A DNA stretch of 64,000 bases, taken from the IMG/VR virus record IMGVR_UViG_3300017991_005544, positions 2,699 through 66,698 of that record; one strand, 5' to 3'. The notes beneath the pieces are model-generated. The model searched no databases. It worked only from the letters and a program-made list of their open reading frames with translations, and was not told the origin of the DNA. Each line of letters opens with the position of its first letter. Within the stretch, counting starts at the first letter, position 1. A program made the position numbers and the translations under genes. Shown here in pieces: positions 39,438 through 49,473 of this stretch. This DNA is from a virus.

Positions 39438-40726
39438 TATGATTTCTCCAAGAACTGCATGTTGCCGAAGTTAGAGACGAGAGGGATCTCCTGGTTCTTC
39501 TCTCCATCCCGGTTCTTTGCCACCATCAAGACAAGATCTTTCGACTGAGGATCCAGTTGATTCAGGGTCAAGACAATGTTCAGGATCCTGGCCTTATCGT
39601 AGGACTCTGACAGCCCTTCTGCGTATGCCTTTCTTCTCATGTATTCTTTTGCCACCTGATCGGCTGTTAAGAGCGGGAGTCTCCGGGCCTCTGCAAATGA
39701 CTTGAGATCCCAATAGACCTCGGCCTGATCCAGTCGATGCATTTCCTGCTTCTTGATCGGAATCATGATGCCAGCGTGGTCGATGATCAGGAAGTCAGGG
39801 ATGAATCCCTCAAGCTCGAGGTCTCGCAAGGCCTTCTCGATCGTCAGGACCGTCGTTCTCCGGGCCATCGTCTTCACTATCTTGAGCTTGTTCTTCATGA
39901 GCTTCCTGACTCTCTCGACCCGATTGTTCAGAATCTCGAGTTGCGTTGGAGTCATGTCATACCATTTGAGATCATCATACGGGATTTCAAGAATTGAACT
40001 GTCGTACCGTTGGAGCAGCATCTCCTCAGTGTCTTCGATGACCACATGGCAAACATTTTTGCCATCCAGAACGGCTCGTCTGCCCCAATACATCAACCCA
40101 ATGCTTTTGCCGATGTTTGTAAGGCTTGCCAGCGCACATGACTCACCTGGCCCGATCCCTCCGATCACCTTGTTGAGACTCATCCATGGCGATCTCACAT
40201 ATCTGTTTGCCTCGGGGGTTTCTTTCCTTTCCTTCCTTGTTTCCTGCCGTTCTTCCCACCCGTCGATCCAGTCGGTGATCTTGTATTCCTGATCCCCGAT
40301 CTTCAGGTTGATGGCGGCATGAAGCTGATTGATAGCGTCCTCAACATCGTGTTGCTCGAGCCTATCGGCACTCCGGTCCAGGATTTTTGCCATCTCTTGC
40401 CGCCGGGCGAAATTCTTCAACTCGTCGATGGCGTATTCCTGGGTGCTTTCATCCAGGACCTTCCGGTAGATCTGCCGGAGCAACCTGACCCACCGCTCCT
40501 TTTCTTCCTCATCGATGTCTTTGTTCTTGGCAAGCTCGATCTTGTAGTACGAGAAGATTGGGCTTGCCTTGTATCGTTCGTGGTACGACAGGAGCTTCCT
40601 GTAGGCCCACTTGAGATGAGGCGCACCGAAGTGCTCAGGCTTGATGATGTCCTGAACCTTCGGAATCTTCTCTTTATCTGAGATCAGTGCGACCAGCACA
40701 TCTCTCTCGAGTATCTTCTTGCTCAT
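39437..40726 (-). CDS. dnaB: DnaB-like replicative helicase
   Basis: TNIGKS Walker A, IIDH, TADQ, VAKNRDG. Confidence 0.88.
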   Translation of the reverse strand: MSKKILERDVLVALISDKEKIPKVQDIIKPEHFGAPHLKWAYRKLLSYHERYKASPIFSYYKIELAKNKDIDEEEKERWVRLLRQIYRKVLDESTQEYAIDELKNFARRQEMAKILDRSADRLEQHDVEDAINQLHAAINLKIGDQEYKITDWIDGWEERQETRKERKETPEANRYVRSPWMSLNKVIGGIGPGESCALASLTNIGKSIGLMYWGRRAVLDGKNVCHVVIEDTEEMLLQRYDSSILEIPYDDLKWYDMTPTQLEILNNRVERVRKLMKNKLKIVKTMARRTTVLTIEKALRDLELEGFIPDFLIIDHAGIMIPIKKQEMHRLDQAEVYWDLKSFAEARRLPLLTADQVAKEYMRRKAYAEGLSESYDKARILNIVLTLNQLDPQSKDLVLMVAKNRDGEKNQEIPLVSNFGNMQFLEKS

Positions 40727-41613
40727 AGGCTATCTGTGATCCTGTTGAAGTACCGTTTTTTGGTACTCTTGGGGATTGGCCTCTTGGTGAACACGATGCC
40801 CATGTTGTGGTTGCAGGCAGTTCCGTAGAACGAGGCTCCATACAGTTCCACCAGAGCAGGTTCATTGTGCTCGGCCTCAAACACATAGATCGTGACCTTC
40901 TCCTGGGCTCCACGTGCCCTGAGCCAATAGGAGAGTTCACCACAGAATTCTCGGCGCATCCGGTGCTCATTGCCGATATCATCAATGACGAGAAAGTCGA
41001 CATTTATGATCTCGTGGAACAGAGGCGATTCATTCCCGTGATACAGCATTTCGGCCAGCATGAAGAACGGCACGTAGTGGACCGTGTACCGGCGCATCGC
41101 AACCTGAGCCGCCAGGTATTGAGCCACAAAGGTTTTGCCTGTTTCAAACTTGCCAAAGAAATTCATGCCGATCGAATCGTGTTTCATGGATGGAAACTTG
41201 CCAAGGTAGACGTTGAGAAAATGACCGAGGTCGTATGATGCATTTCGCTCGATAAACCTCACTTCTCTTGCCAAAATGTTTTCTGGCCCGTACTCCAGGA
41301 ACTGAAGGGGTACGTCACCGATCAGGAGGGCCTTCATCACGTCGAACCGCTGGTAGCATTCACAAAGACCATAAGACACGTTGTCCTGATTCTCGTCGGT
41401 GGATTTCATGAATTTCGTTTTCCGCCGGAGACGGATCTTGTTCTTGTATTCATCGATGTCAGCGAGGCCCACGGAGGCCGGAATACTCTTTTCGATCTCG
41501 AGAGATTCCTTCTGATCCATGCCCGAACCTTTGCAGAATTTACAGGACCGGACTACATCGTTGTAGGCCCTCTGGACCTCGCTCTTGCGGCGTTCTGATC
41601 TTTCGCCTTCCAC
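40723..41613 (-). CDS. DnaC/IstB-like helicase loader ATPase
   Basis: GKFETGKT, LVIDDIG. Confidence 0.75.
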   Translation of the reverse strand: MEGERSERRKSEVQRAYNDVVRSCKFCKGSGMDQKESLEIEKSIPASVGLADIDEYKNKIRLRRKTKFMKSTDENQDNVSYGLCECYQRFDVMKALLIGDVPLQFLEYGPENILAREVRFIERNASYDLGHFLNVYLGKFPSMKHDSIGMNFFGKFETGKTFVAQYLAAQVAMRRYTVHYVPFFMLAEMLYHGNESPLFHEIINVDFLVIDDIGNEHRMRREFCGELSYWLRARGAQEKVTIYVFEAEHNEPALVELYGASFYGTACNHNMGIVFTKRPIPKSTKKRYFNRITDSL

Positions 41614-41966
41614 TAGACCTTCCCCACTCGGCTGATGTATTCCATGATCGTTTCCTCGGTCTCATAGACGATGGGCAACCCGAGGGCAATCCCGAGGTTC
41701 CGTTCGAGGTTTGAACCTTCACTGTCTTCCCATTCAGGAACCATCACGACCTTGTCGGCAGTTCTCTTCAGGATCTCGAGATCCGCTTCCATGATCCTGT
41801 CACAGAGATCGTCATCATCGACCATCTCACAGTTCTTGTGAGGGCATATGACCCCATACCCTAGCCGCCAATACTTCATGGCGACAGCCTCGGCCCTCAG
41901 GATGTTACGCCTGACACCGTTGTGGGTTTTGGCCCGGTAGGGGCCCGAGATATAGACAATCTCCAT
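41613..41966 (-). CDS. DUF4406/nucleoside deoxyribosyltransferase-like protein
   Basis: VYISGPY...WEDSEGSNLE. Confidence 0.75.
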   Translation of the reverse strand: MEIVYISGPYRAKTHNGVRRNILRAEAVAMKYWRLGYGVICPHKNCEMVDDDDLCDRIMEADLEILKRTADKVVMVPEWEDSEGSNLERNLGIALGLPIVYETEETIMEYISRVGKV

Positions 41967-41977
41967 GGCCTTCTCCT

Positions 41978-42229
41978 TCAGTCAACGTCACCGTTTTCGA
42001 CGATTTTCTTATCCTCGTAGGGAACAAGAAATCTTCGCCGGATCTCTGCCGCCGCCTCGTTCAATTCAGCAATGAAGTCCCGGTAGTTTCTATATCCGGG
42101 GACAATCGTCTCCCTGCAAAGCTTGAACAAGACGTAGTTGAGTCTCCCGTCTGGCCTGACATCATTCATGATCATGCAGTCGACAACCTGGTCGAGTTCA
42201 GGACGTTTGTATTGCTCTACGTAAGGCAT
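41978..42229 (-). CDS. Conserved small phage protein (MPY...GRLNY family)
   Basis: MPYV...GRLNY...EIRRR...PYEDKKIVENGDV. Confidence 0.65.
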   Translation of the reverse strand: MPYVEQYKRPELDQVVDCMIMNDVRPDGRLNYVLFKLCRETIVPGYRNYRDFIAELNEAAAEIRRRFLVPYEDKKIVENGDVD

Positions 42230-42765
42230 AGCTTGCCCTCCTTGATAAGGGGCTTGATCGTCTCGTACGTGATCTTCTTCTCCGGGTAAAGCTCGTTGTA
42301 TTGGCTGAGCGTGTAGAGCTTCGGAACGAACCGGCTGCAATCCCGGATCATGAACTTGATCTTGACAGGGCAGAGGAAAACATCACGGTCCTGGTCGCTC
42401 AAGATCTTGTGGAACGTGAGGCCGTTGACTCTCAGGACATCGTCATCATCGGTGTCTTCGGTTGGGCTCTCCTTCTTCAGTTCGCCCTTGGTTTTCTTGA
42501 AGTCAAGGAACCTACCGATCTCCCCTTCCGAGGCAAGGATCCCGACGAAATAATCGACGCTCGATCTCTTGCCGACATCTTTGATCTTCTTGAGCTTCTT
42601 GTAGCAGAAATCAACGTAGTCGATAACGTCATCCTCTGTGAACGTGAGCTTGTTCATCTTCCTGGCAACAACCTTAATCTTCTTCATGGAAGCATCTTTC
42701 GGCTTGGCGATGTAGAAGACCCGGATCTCTGCCAGGAGCGTTTCCATAATCTCTGAGAATTTCAT
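42217..42765 (-). CDS. Hypothetical protein
   Basis: Coupled ORF. Confidence 0.5.
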   Translation of the reverse strand: MKFSEIMETLLAEIRVFYIAKPKDASMKKIKVVARKMNKLTFTEDDVIDYVDFCYKKLKKIKDVGKRSSVDYFVGILASEGEIGRFLDFKKTKGELKKESPTEDTDDDDVLRVNGLTFHKILSDQDRDVFLCPVKIKFMIRDCSRFVPKLYTLSQYNELYPEKKITYETIKPLIKEGKLCLT

Positions 42766-43517
42766 GTCGACACTCCAAACGGGATCCTGTAGATCCCTTC
42801 GTTTGCCAAGATCTCGTCCGACGCTTCCCTTAGGTACGACGAATCTCCTACATCATTTTGAGCCAGGTCGATGAAGTGATCGTAGATGTGCAGGCCCTTC
42901 GACATTGCCACCAGGGCCCCGTCATAGATCGGTCGACCCACCAAGCTCTCGATGTATTCGCCACACAACTCCTTGAGTAGCTGAAGGCCTCCGAGGTTCT
43001 CTGGCATCCCGGCAATCAAGTCCCATGACCGGAAGTAGACAAAAAAGTGGAGTTCGTCGTTTTTCAGACGCATGTCGATCAGCCGGAGACATGGCGGATG
43101 TGTGAATCTCGAGGGGTCACCGGCTCCCTTCCCGAGGCTGATGGTGGCCTGGTTGCAGCCACCTTGACCATTGGCGAGAAGTTCGCAACAGTGGGCCCAG
43201 GCCGGTTCGATCCAGCTGGCATACTTGTACTCGTTGTATTTGCCCTCCAGATCATCCAGGCTTGAGTTCAACAGGTAGTCACGGAAGTAATCCTTGATCC
43301 TTTGACCCGAGGTCGGCGTGAGGCTCGGGGTGCTACAGGCCAGAGGTCTGGTGCTTGGGCATTGGATCTGGATCGTGACCAGATCGAATTCCCTCCTGAA
43401 TTGCCCTTCATACTCGCCCTTGTCGATGATGTAGTCTTCACCGAGGGCGAGGCAGGCCCGGATGCACCGGAACCAGGCCTCCTGGATTGTCATTCCTTTG
43501 ATGATCACGTGGTTCAT
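42762..43517 (-). CDS. thyA: Thymidylate synthase family protein
   Basis: PPCLR, FRSWD...GMPEN, LHIY. Confidence 0.85.
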   Translation of the reverse strand: MNHVIIKGMTIQEAWFRCIRACLALGEDYIIDKGEYEGQFRREFDLVTIQIQCPSTRPLACSTPSLTPTSGQRIKDYFRDYLLNSSLDDLEGKYNEYKYASWIEPAWAHCCELLANGQGGCNQATISLGKGAGDPSRFTHPPCLRLIDMRLKNDELHFFVYFRSWDLIAGMPENLGGLQLLKELCGEYIESLVGRPIYDGALVAMSKGLHIYDHFIDLAQNDVGDSSYLREASDEILANEGIYRIPFGVST

Positions 43518-43528
43518 GTTGCTTCCTC

Positions 43529-44089
43529 CTAGAGGCCGAGGGGGTATGGATCATCCTCGAGGGATTTCCAAAAGCCCCTCACCCTGTCCCAGGCTCGTCC
43601 CAACAGGTTCCTTGCCTTCAGATCTCTTGCTGGCGGCAAATATACTCCGCCCACCGGAACCAGATCGAGAAGCTCGCACTCCTTTGACGTGAGCTTCGGC
43701 CTGATCTGAATCATGTTGTTGATTTCATTCTCCCGGAGGAAATCCTGGACTTCCTTGGGGAACCGCTCGTGCTTCTCGATCTTGAGATGCGTCCGGTTGT
43801 ACTCGAGGGCATGCCGGGCCCGTTCCTCTGCAATACCACGACCGGCTCGCTTGGAACGCCTGGAAGCATCCTCGTCTACCATGTTGCAGATCGAGACCCC
43901 TCTGGACCAGGCACCTACCTCCGGGATGTACTTGACACATACGGTCACGACCGGAAACAGATTCACGGTCTTGATCTGATCGTTCCCCCTGTTTTTCGAC
44001 CGCCTCGTATCAGGCAAAGCCATTCTGATGTGGTAGAATTTCGTGATCACATCCTTGTTCTCGAGGCTCCTTACTCTCATGGGTTTCAT
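43529..44089 (-). CDS. Hypothetical phage protein
   Basis: RGVSIC...GRGIAEERA pattern. Confidence 0.5.
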   Translation of the reverse strand: MKPMRVRSLENKDVITKFYHIRMALPDTRRSKNRGNDQIKTVNLFPVVTVCVKYIPEVGAWSRGVSICNMVDEDASRRSKRAGRGIAEERARHALEYNRTHLKIEKHERFPKEVQDFLRENEINNMIQIRPKLTSKECELLDLVPVGGVYLPPARDLKARNLLGRAWDRVRGFWKSLEDDPYPLGL

Positions 44090-46671
44090 GACTTGCTCCT
44101 TTCGTCAAGGTGAACGATGAAGCCGGGCTCCATCTTACAGGTCTTGATCCGGTTCTCCGTATGCTTCAAGACATACTTGTTTTGGCGATCAATGAAGTCG
44201 TGGATGTAAACGTGGTGGGGAGTGGAGGTATCGACATCACCTTCTTCCACTGGCTTTCGCAGGACTCTTCCAATTTGCTGCACAAAGCTTCTAACGCCTT
44301 CGGATTCGTAAACGGATTCTCCCCCTCCAAGGGCATCAGCCTTGACGAGTACGTCACATGACGGTATGTCAATTCCTTCGTTGAAGATCTGGGATGCAAT
44401 GAGGATTCGGATGTCGCCTCGTTCGAATTTCTTCTTTCCTTTTTCTCTAACGAGCTTGCCCTTCCCTCCATGAAGGTAACCAAGTTCACGATCATCGATG
44501 CCCCTCCTCCTCAGCATGGTCGACAGGATCTCACCATGTTTGATGCGGTTCACAATCACGAGAATCTTGTTGTCTGTTTCGTTGTATTGTTGTTCCACGA
44601 CCTTGACGATGGCCTTGTTCCTTGCGGTACAGTCAACGATCGAGTTCGTGTAGAGTTCCTGGAAGCTGCCACCTGTAATCTCTTCATTACTCCCTTTGTA
44701 CTCGTGAAAAAATACATGCGGAATGCTGAGGTAGCCATCACGTATAAGGTCACTGGACGTGACCTTGAACTTGATGGCCCCACAGACACACTCGAGATCG
44801 AGGTTGGCACTCCCACGATCCCAAGGGCTCCCGCTGAATCCATGATGGTACTGTTTGTTATTGCAAAGTCGGACGATTCTTTTCCAGGTTGCTGATTGAC
44901 TGTGGTGGCAATTATGAGTGAGCAATCCGTTAGCTATGAATGAATTGGACCCCACTGAAGTAAAATCAGAAACCGTTTCGCCTTCTACGTTTTCGATGGT
45001 TTTGATCCTGGTCAAAATATAATCATCATTGTTGTACCTGATGGTTCCGTACGGGATTGTCCCTTTATTTCGACCAAGGTCGTTGAATGATTCACGATGG
45101 AAATCAATTAGATCCAAAAGATCATTTGCATTTTTATTTCCAATAGAAATTCTATGTTGATTGTTGTGTTTCACGTTCTTTTTATCTACACAGATAGAAG
45201 TCGAGTGGATTCCAAACTTCTTAAGCAGAAGCTTGAATTTTTCAGAGAACACCTTTGATGTCGAATTTACATGAATCCTAATGGAATCAACTTTGTATTT
45301 TCCAATAACGCATAATTGAAGGGATACATCTCCATCACACGAAATAAAAACATTAATGAATTCCCTAATTGACTCGAGAGACGAATAAAAAACATCATCA
45401 GGGATGTCAATTTTATCCGACTTCTTCCCATTTGGTATTAAATATTTTTGATTCAACAACTCTTTCAATCTCTTTGATTGGATCCAGATGGTCGTGTCGT
45501 TTCTACCGTTTGTAGAAATTTTAACATCAGATGGATTTTCTCCAAATGCTTTAATCCCTTTCTTGAAGAGATTGATAATGAATTTTTTTGATGGCTTCGA
45601 AAAAGAAATCTTTATTCTACTACCCTTGGTATCGAGACATCCATCTGCTAAGATCAATGCCAGAAATGCTGCCTGGTCCTTTGTCAATTGTGATTTCGTA
45701 GTGTGTGGGATTTTCACTGGCACTAAGAATCTGTGAATCTTTTTATTCAAATCCTTCGATTTTATTTCGACTATTTTTGTTTTGGCCTTACATCCTGGGA
45801 CAATAGCCCCTACAAGATTCAGATGGTTAGAAGAAGTGATGATGGTGGAAAATTGAGTCTGTATTTTCAAGTTTTTGCTTGAATATCTTTCGAACTTGTC
45901 AGATACGATTCCACCAAAAACTCTATCTTGGTTTTGGATGTCTTTCAAGTATTTTACACCACCATCTTCCAATAGAATTAACGAATCCAATGTTAAACAT
46001 TCATCGCTCACTACGTACTCGACTGACTCGAGGTATTTGGTCATATGGTACTTCGGGCTGGATGCTCTCTCGCCTTTCTTCTTGAGCTTGGCATCGATCG
46101 TCTGGACCATCCCGACACATATCTGCTTGTCGAAGTCGAGTTGACTGCCCTGGATCAGACCAACGTCAGGAAACATTCTCTTGATGGACCCGAAGTGCTG
46201 AGTCAAGATGTCTTCACGGTTGATCAAGATCAAGGTCTTGAGGCCCATGCCGCCTGCCAGGGCCCCGAACACAACCGTCTTGCCGCTTCCGGTCGCCATC
46301 GAGAACGTCATGAGCGGTTCCTGGATGCCCTTGGCGAATGCCTGGACCTGATAGGGTCGAAGCTTGTAGGGGAAGTCTTTCATCCGGTCAATGATGTCGC
46401 CAGGATCCACGAGCTTGATTTCACGCTTGTCCAGCACTTTGGCCTCATGGCCGAAATCTTCAATGATCTTCAAGAGTCTGTCGAGCAGGCCTACCGGCAC
46501 CGTCTTGTTCAGTCGGTTGTATTTGGTATTGAGACGCTTTGTCAGGACACCGTACTTGTCCTTCATCTTGACATGGTAGCCCAGGAGATTCGGGAGAGAC
46601 ATCTCGAGATCCTCCGGGAGATCTCCCACGATCTGAGCCTTCTTTTCACGCACCACAACATACACGATCAT
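44086..46671 (-). CDS. SF2 (UvsW-like) DNA helicase containing an intein
   Basis: LRPYQ, ATGSGKT, DE|CH, SGSP, EGIDIP, QQIGRVLR. Confidence 0.92.
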   Translation of the reverse strand: MIVYVVVREKKAQIVGDLPEDLEMSLPNLLGYHVKMKDKYGVLTKRLNTKYNRLNKTVPVGLLDRLLKIIEDFGHEAKVLDKREIKLVDPGDIIDRMKDFPYKLRPYQVQAFAKGIQEPLMTFSMATGSGKTVVFGALAGGMGLKTLILINREDILTQHFGSIKRMFPDVGLIQGSQLDFDKQICVGMVQTIDAKLKKKGERASSPKYHMTKYLESVEYVVSDECLTLDSLILLEDGGVKYLKDIQNQDRVFGGIVSDKFERYSSKNLKIQTQFSTIITSSNHLNLVGAIVPGCKAKTKIVEIKSKDLNKKIHRFLVPVKIPHTTKSQLTKDQAAFLALILADGCLDTKGSRIKISFSKPSKKFIINLFKKGIKAFGENPSDVKISTNGRNDTTIWIQSKRLKELLNQKYLIPNGKKSDKIDIPDDVFYSSLESIREFINVFISCDGDVSLQLCVIGKYKVDSIRIHVNSTSKVFSEKFKLLLKKFGIHSTSICVDKKNVKHNNQHRISIGNKNANDLLDLIDFHRESFNDLGRNKGTIPYGTIRYNNDDYILTRIKTIENVEGETVSDFTSVGSNSFIANGLLTHNCHHSQSATWKRIVRLCNNKQYHHGFSGSPWDRGSANLDLECVCGAIKFKVTSSDLIRDGYLSIPHVFFHEYKGSNEEITGGSFQELYTNSIVDCTARNKAIVKVVEQQYNETDNKILVIVNRIKHGEILSTMLRRRGIDDRELGYLHGGKGKLVREKGKKKFERGDIRILIASQIFNEGIDIPSCDVLVKADALGGGESVYESEGVRSFVQQIGRVLRKPVEEGDVDTSTPHHVYIHDFIDRQNKYVLKHTENRIKTCKMEPGFIVHLDERSKS
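44911..45999 (-). mobile_element. Intein (363 aa) with LAGLIDADG endonuclease in helicase motif II
   Basis: SDE|CLTLDS...LTHN|CHH; LALILADG and FISCDG motifs; AT-rich. Confidence 0.92.
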
Positions 46672-48407
46672 CAGTATTGAGTCCTTCCGTTCATCAGCTT
46701 CCTCGAGAGGCAACCATAGATGGCCGACGCTATCCTGCCGGTGCCCTGCTTGATCATGTCCCACTCGGGATAGAATTGTTTTGGTTCATCAGTGTAGACA
46801 CCGATGCCGTAGACCTCTATGCCGGTCATCTTGATTTTCTTAACGGCTTTCTTTAGCTCTTGGTTAAGGAGAGTGAAGTCGCAGTGATAACCGCAGGCAG
46901 GCATGCCGTCACAAATCACGATCAGGATCTTCCTGTCTTCTTTTCGCCGGGCCAGCCGCTGAGCCGCCCACATGACACTCTCGGGATCGCAGTTGTTGTC
47001 GTTGGGTCCAATGTTGAGCAAACGATACTTGACACTCGAGAAGTTTTCTTCGAACGATTTGTAGACGAAATGCCTGAGGGGTTCGAATCGATTGTAGTAG
47101 CTATTGTCTTCTTCGGTGAAATCTATATCCCGGCATCCATCATAGTCGGTTGTGTAGCCCGTGACCTCGAACGGTATGTGTAAGGCCTCGAGTGTTTCGG
47201 TGCAGGCAATGGCGGCTGACTTGGCCCCATGATACTTACCGTCATCCCGCATGGAACCCGAACAGTCGACCAGGATCTCGATGGCCGTGTTCATCCTCCT
47301 GCCGACGGACATTCTCTCAAAGACCCTCTTGTTGCCGCTCCGCAACGAATAGATAGCGGCCATGTCGATCTCGCCCTGCTCTGCATCCGGCAGGAAGTGC
47401 ATTCGCTTCCGGGCCATCAGGAGCGAGAACAGGCGGCTCCGCATCGATGCGATATCCTGGCTGACGTTCCGCTTGATCCCCTCATACATCTTCTTGGTCC
47501 CGCTCGTCGGATCAAAATAGGGGGATTCAACGATGTCCCGCTCGAGAGCGACCGGGTGAGGTATGTGTTCGTTCATGTCTTTCTTGTGGGATTCGAAAAT
47601 AAGGGTCTGGATCTCTTCGTTCGTGATGTCGAGTGTATCCTTTGGGATCGATTCCTTCATTTCACCAAAGAGTTTTTTTCTGGCCTTACCCTTCAATTTG
47701 TTTTCGTTCTGGCCTTCTTCTTTCTCTTTCTCCTCTTGTGGCGGAGGCTTCTCGAGCAAGTCCTTCAGGAGCTTCTCGATCTTGATGGCGTACTTGAGAC
47801 AAAGCCTTGTGCCTTTCTTCCGGTCTCTCACGATGCCGTCCTGTTTGAATTCATCCAGGATGTCGACTGCCTTGTCTGCAATGTCGGTGATGTCTTTGGG
47901 CAAGTAGTCAGTGTCGATGCCTTCGAGCATTTCGCCCATCGCCACCCCGATGCCCCACAGAATCGTACCGGGATCATTCAGGATGGCATGCTTGAACTCC
48001 TCGTCTTCCTGGAGCTTGTCCCTGATCTTGAGTCGGTTGAAGTGATACATGTTGTTCAGTTCAAGCTCGGCGTTTCGGTAGTCCTGTTTCTGAAACAGGT
48101 TGACCCTGTAGTCATCCAGGACGTTCAGGAACGAGACTTTGATGGTTTCGCTCCGCTTGTTCAGCCTGCCGTAGACCTCGAGGTCAGTATGGGCCACGTG
48201 ACCAGCTTCATGGTAGATGCAGCCCCGGAGGAATTCTTTGTACTCCTGGTATTTGTTATCCGACATGATCGGGATCAGGATCTTGCCTGGTCTGGTCTCG
48301 ACTTTCCCGTCGGCATTGTACACGACATCGACGTTGTAATCTTGGCCGAGATATCGGGCCAACGACAACAAGCCATCACATTCACGTTGTTGAAGTTGAA
48401 CCTGCAT
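46671..48407 (-). CDS. CobT-like vWA domain protein
   Basis: HEAGH, MIDAS DCSGS, VICDG. Confidence 0.85.
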   Translation of the reverse strand: MQVQLQQRECDGLLSLARYLGQDYNVDVVYNADGKVETRPGKILIPIMSDNKYQEYKEFLRGCIYHEAGHVAHTDLEVYGRLNKRSETIKVSFLNVLDDYRVNLFQKQDYRNAELELNNMYHFNRLKIRDKLQEDEEFKHAILNDPGTILWGIGVAMGEMLEGIDTDYLPKDITDIADKAVDILDEFKQDGIVRDRKKGTRLCLKYAIKIEKLLKDLLEKPPPQEEKEKEEGQNENKLKGKARKKLFGEMKESIPKDTLDITNEEIQTLIFESHKKDMNEHIPHPVALERDIVESPYFDPTSGTKKMYEGIKRNVSQDIASMRSRLFSLLMARKRMHFLPDAEQGEIDMAAIYSLRSGNKRVFERMSVGRRMNTAIEILVDCSGSMRDDGKYHGAKSAAIACTETLEALHIPFEVTGYTTDYDGCRDIDFTEEDNSYYNRFEPLRHFVYKSFEENFSSVKYRLLNIGPNDNNCDPESVMWAAQRLARRKEDRKILIVICDGMPACGYHCDFTLLNQELKKAVKKIKMTGIEVYGIGVYTDEPKQFYPEWDMIKQGTGRIASAIYGCLSRKLMNGRTQY

Positions 48408-48414
48408 GCTGTTC

Positions 48415-49461
48415 CTATTCCAGTGGCCTGACCCACTCGTGAGGACAGTGAACCTTCAGGATCTCCATGATCTTGTTCTTGTCTTTCGGGGCAGCAAAGC
48501 TCAGGATCGAAAGCTTGATCGCCTTGTGAACGAGCCCATGGTCCTCGTAGAAGTGATGATACTTGGCCCATGCCAGGAGCCGTCGCATACCAAACACAAA
48601 TTCGATCTCCTTCTGCTTCCACAGTTCCCTGAGGGCATGAGCCGCCTTCGCCATCGTCATGCTGGTGTCTTCGTCGACTTCGCACTTCTTTTGAAGCACA
48701 ACCGACTCATCCTCTGGATCCATGTAGTCCATCTCGACAATCACACTGTAGCGGTCACGAGCCGCCACGTTCATGAACTGGACCCCATGGTACATGAAGT
48801 CGTCGTCCCCGAGGCCGATCGTGTTGGCCGTGCTGACCCACCTGAAATCCGGGTGCCGCTTCACAACCTCGAGAAAAGATCTCTTGTTGGTCGGGTGATA
48901 TTGCTGAAGCGTGATCTCGCCATCACGCTCGAGTAACGGGTGGAGGGCTCCTCGAAGCTCAGGCCTCATGAAGTCGGCCTCGTCTTCCAACAGGATCTTG
49001 CCGTGGCGAAGCGCATCGGTAGCGTAACCGTCGGACCAGACCATCTTGTCTCCCTCGACGAGCCACTGGCCCACGACGGCATGCAGTCGAGTCTCTTCTG
49101 AACACGAAAACCTGATTAGCTGCCAATCCGTGATGGCCGCAATCATCATGATGAGAGAACTCTTCCCGGATCCAGGGGGCCCGACAAGCAAGATGTTGTC
49201 TTTGCCCTCGTCGCTCAGGGCGAACGCAATGGGCTCTGCCACTTCAGTGTCGAGGCTGTAGAACGGATCGACCTTCGGGATGTAGGGCTGGATGCTCTCG
49301 TACTGATCGCACCGATCCTTCCTGGTGCATTCCTTGCACGGGAGGCCTTTGATTTCTTTCCCTTCGTTGACGCAGACACCATGATCCACGAGCTTCCGCC
49401 TGCGGAGAGAGGCATGGTCAAACATGTACTCTGTTGGTCGTACTGCCGTACGTTCAGACAT
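48415..49461 (-). CDS. CobS/MoxR-like AAA+ ATPase
   Basis: GPPGSGKS, LEDE, STANT, ARDRY. Confidence 0.88.
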   Translation of the reverse strand: MSERTAVRPTEYMFDHASLRRRKLVDHGVCVNEGKEIKGLPCKECTRKDRCDQYESIQPYIPKVDPFYSLDTEVAEPIAFALSDEGKDNILLVGPPGSGKSSLIMMIAAITDWQLIRFSCSEETRLHAVVGQWLVEGDKMVWSDGYATDALRHGKILLEDEADFMRPELRGALHPLLERDGEITLQQYHPTNKRSFLEVVKRHPDFRWVSTANTIGLGDDDFMYHGVQFMNVAARDRYSVIVEMDYMDPEDESVVLQKKCEVDEDTSMTMAKAAHALRELWKQKEIEFVFGMRRLLAWAKYHHFYEDHGLVHKAIKLSILSFAAPKDKNKIMEILKVHCPHEWVRPLE

Positions 49462-49473
49462 GGTGGCCCTTTC

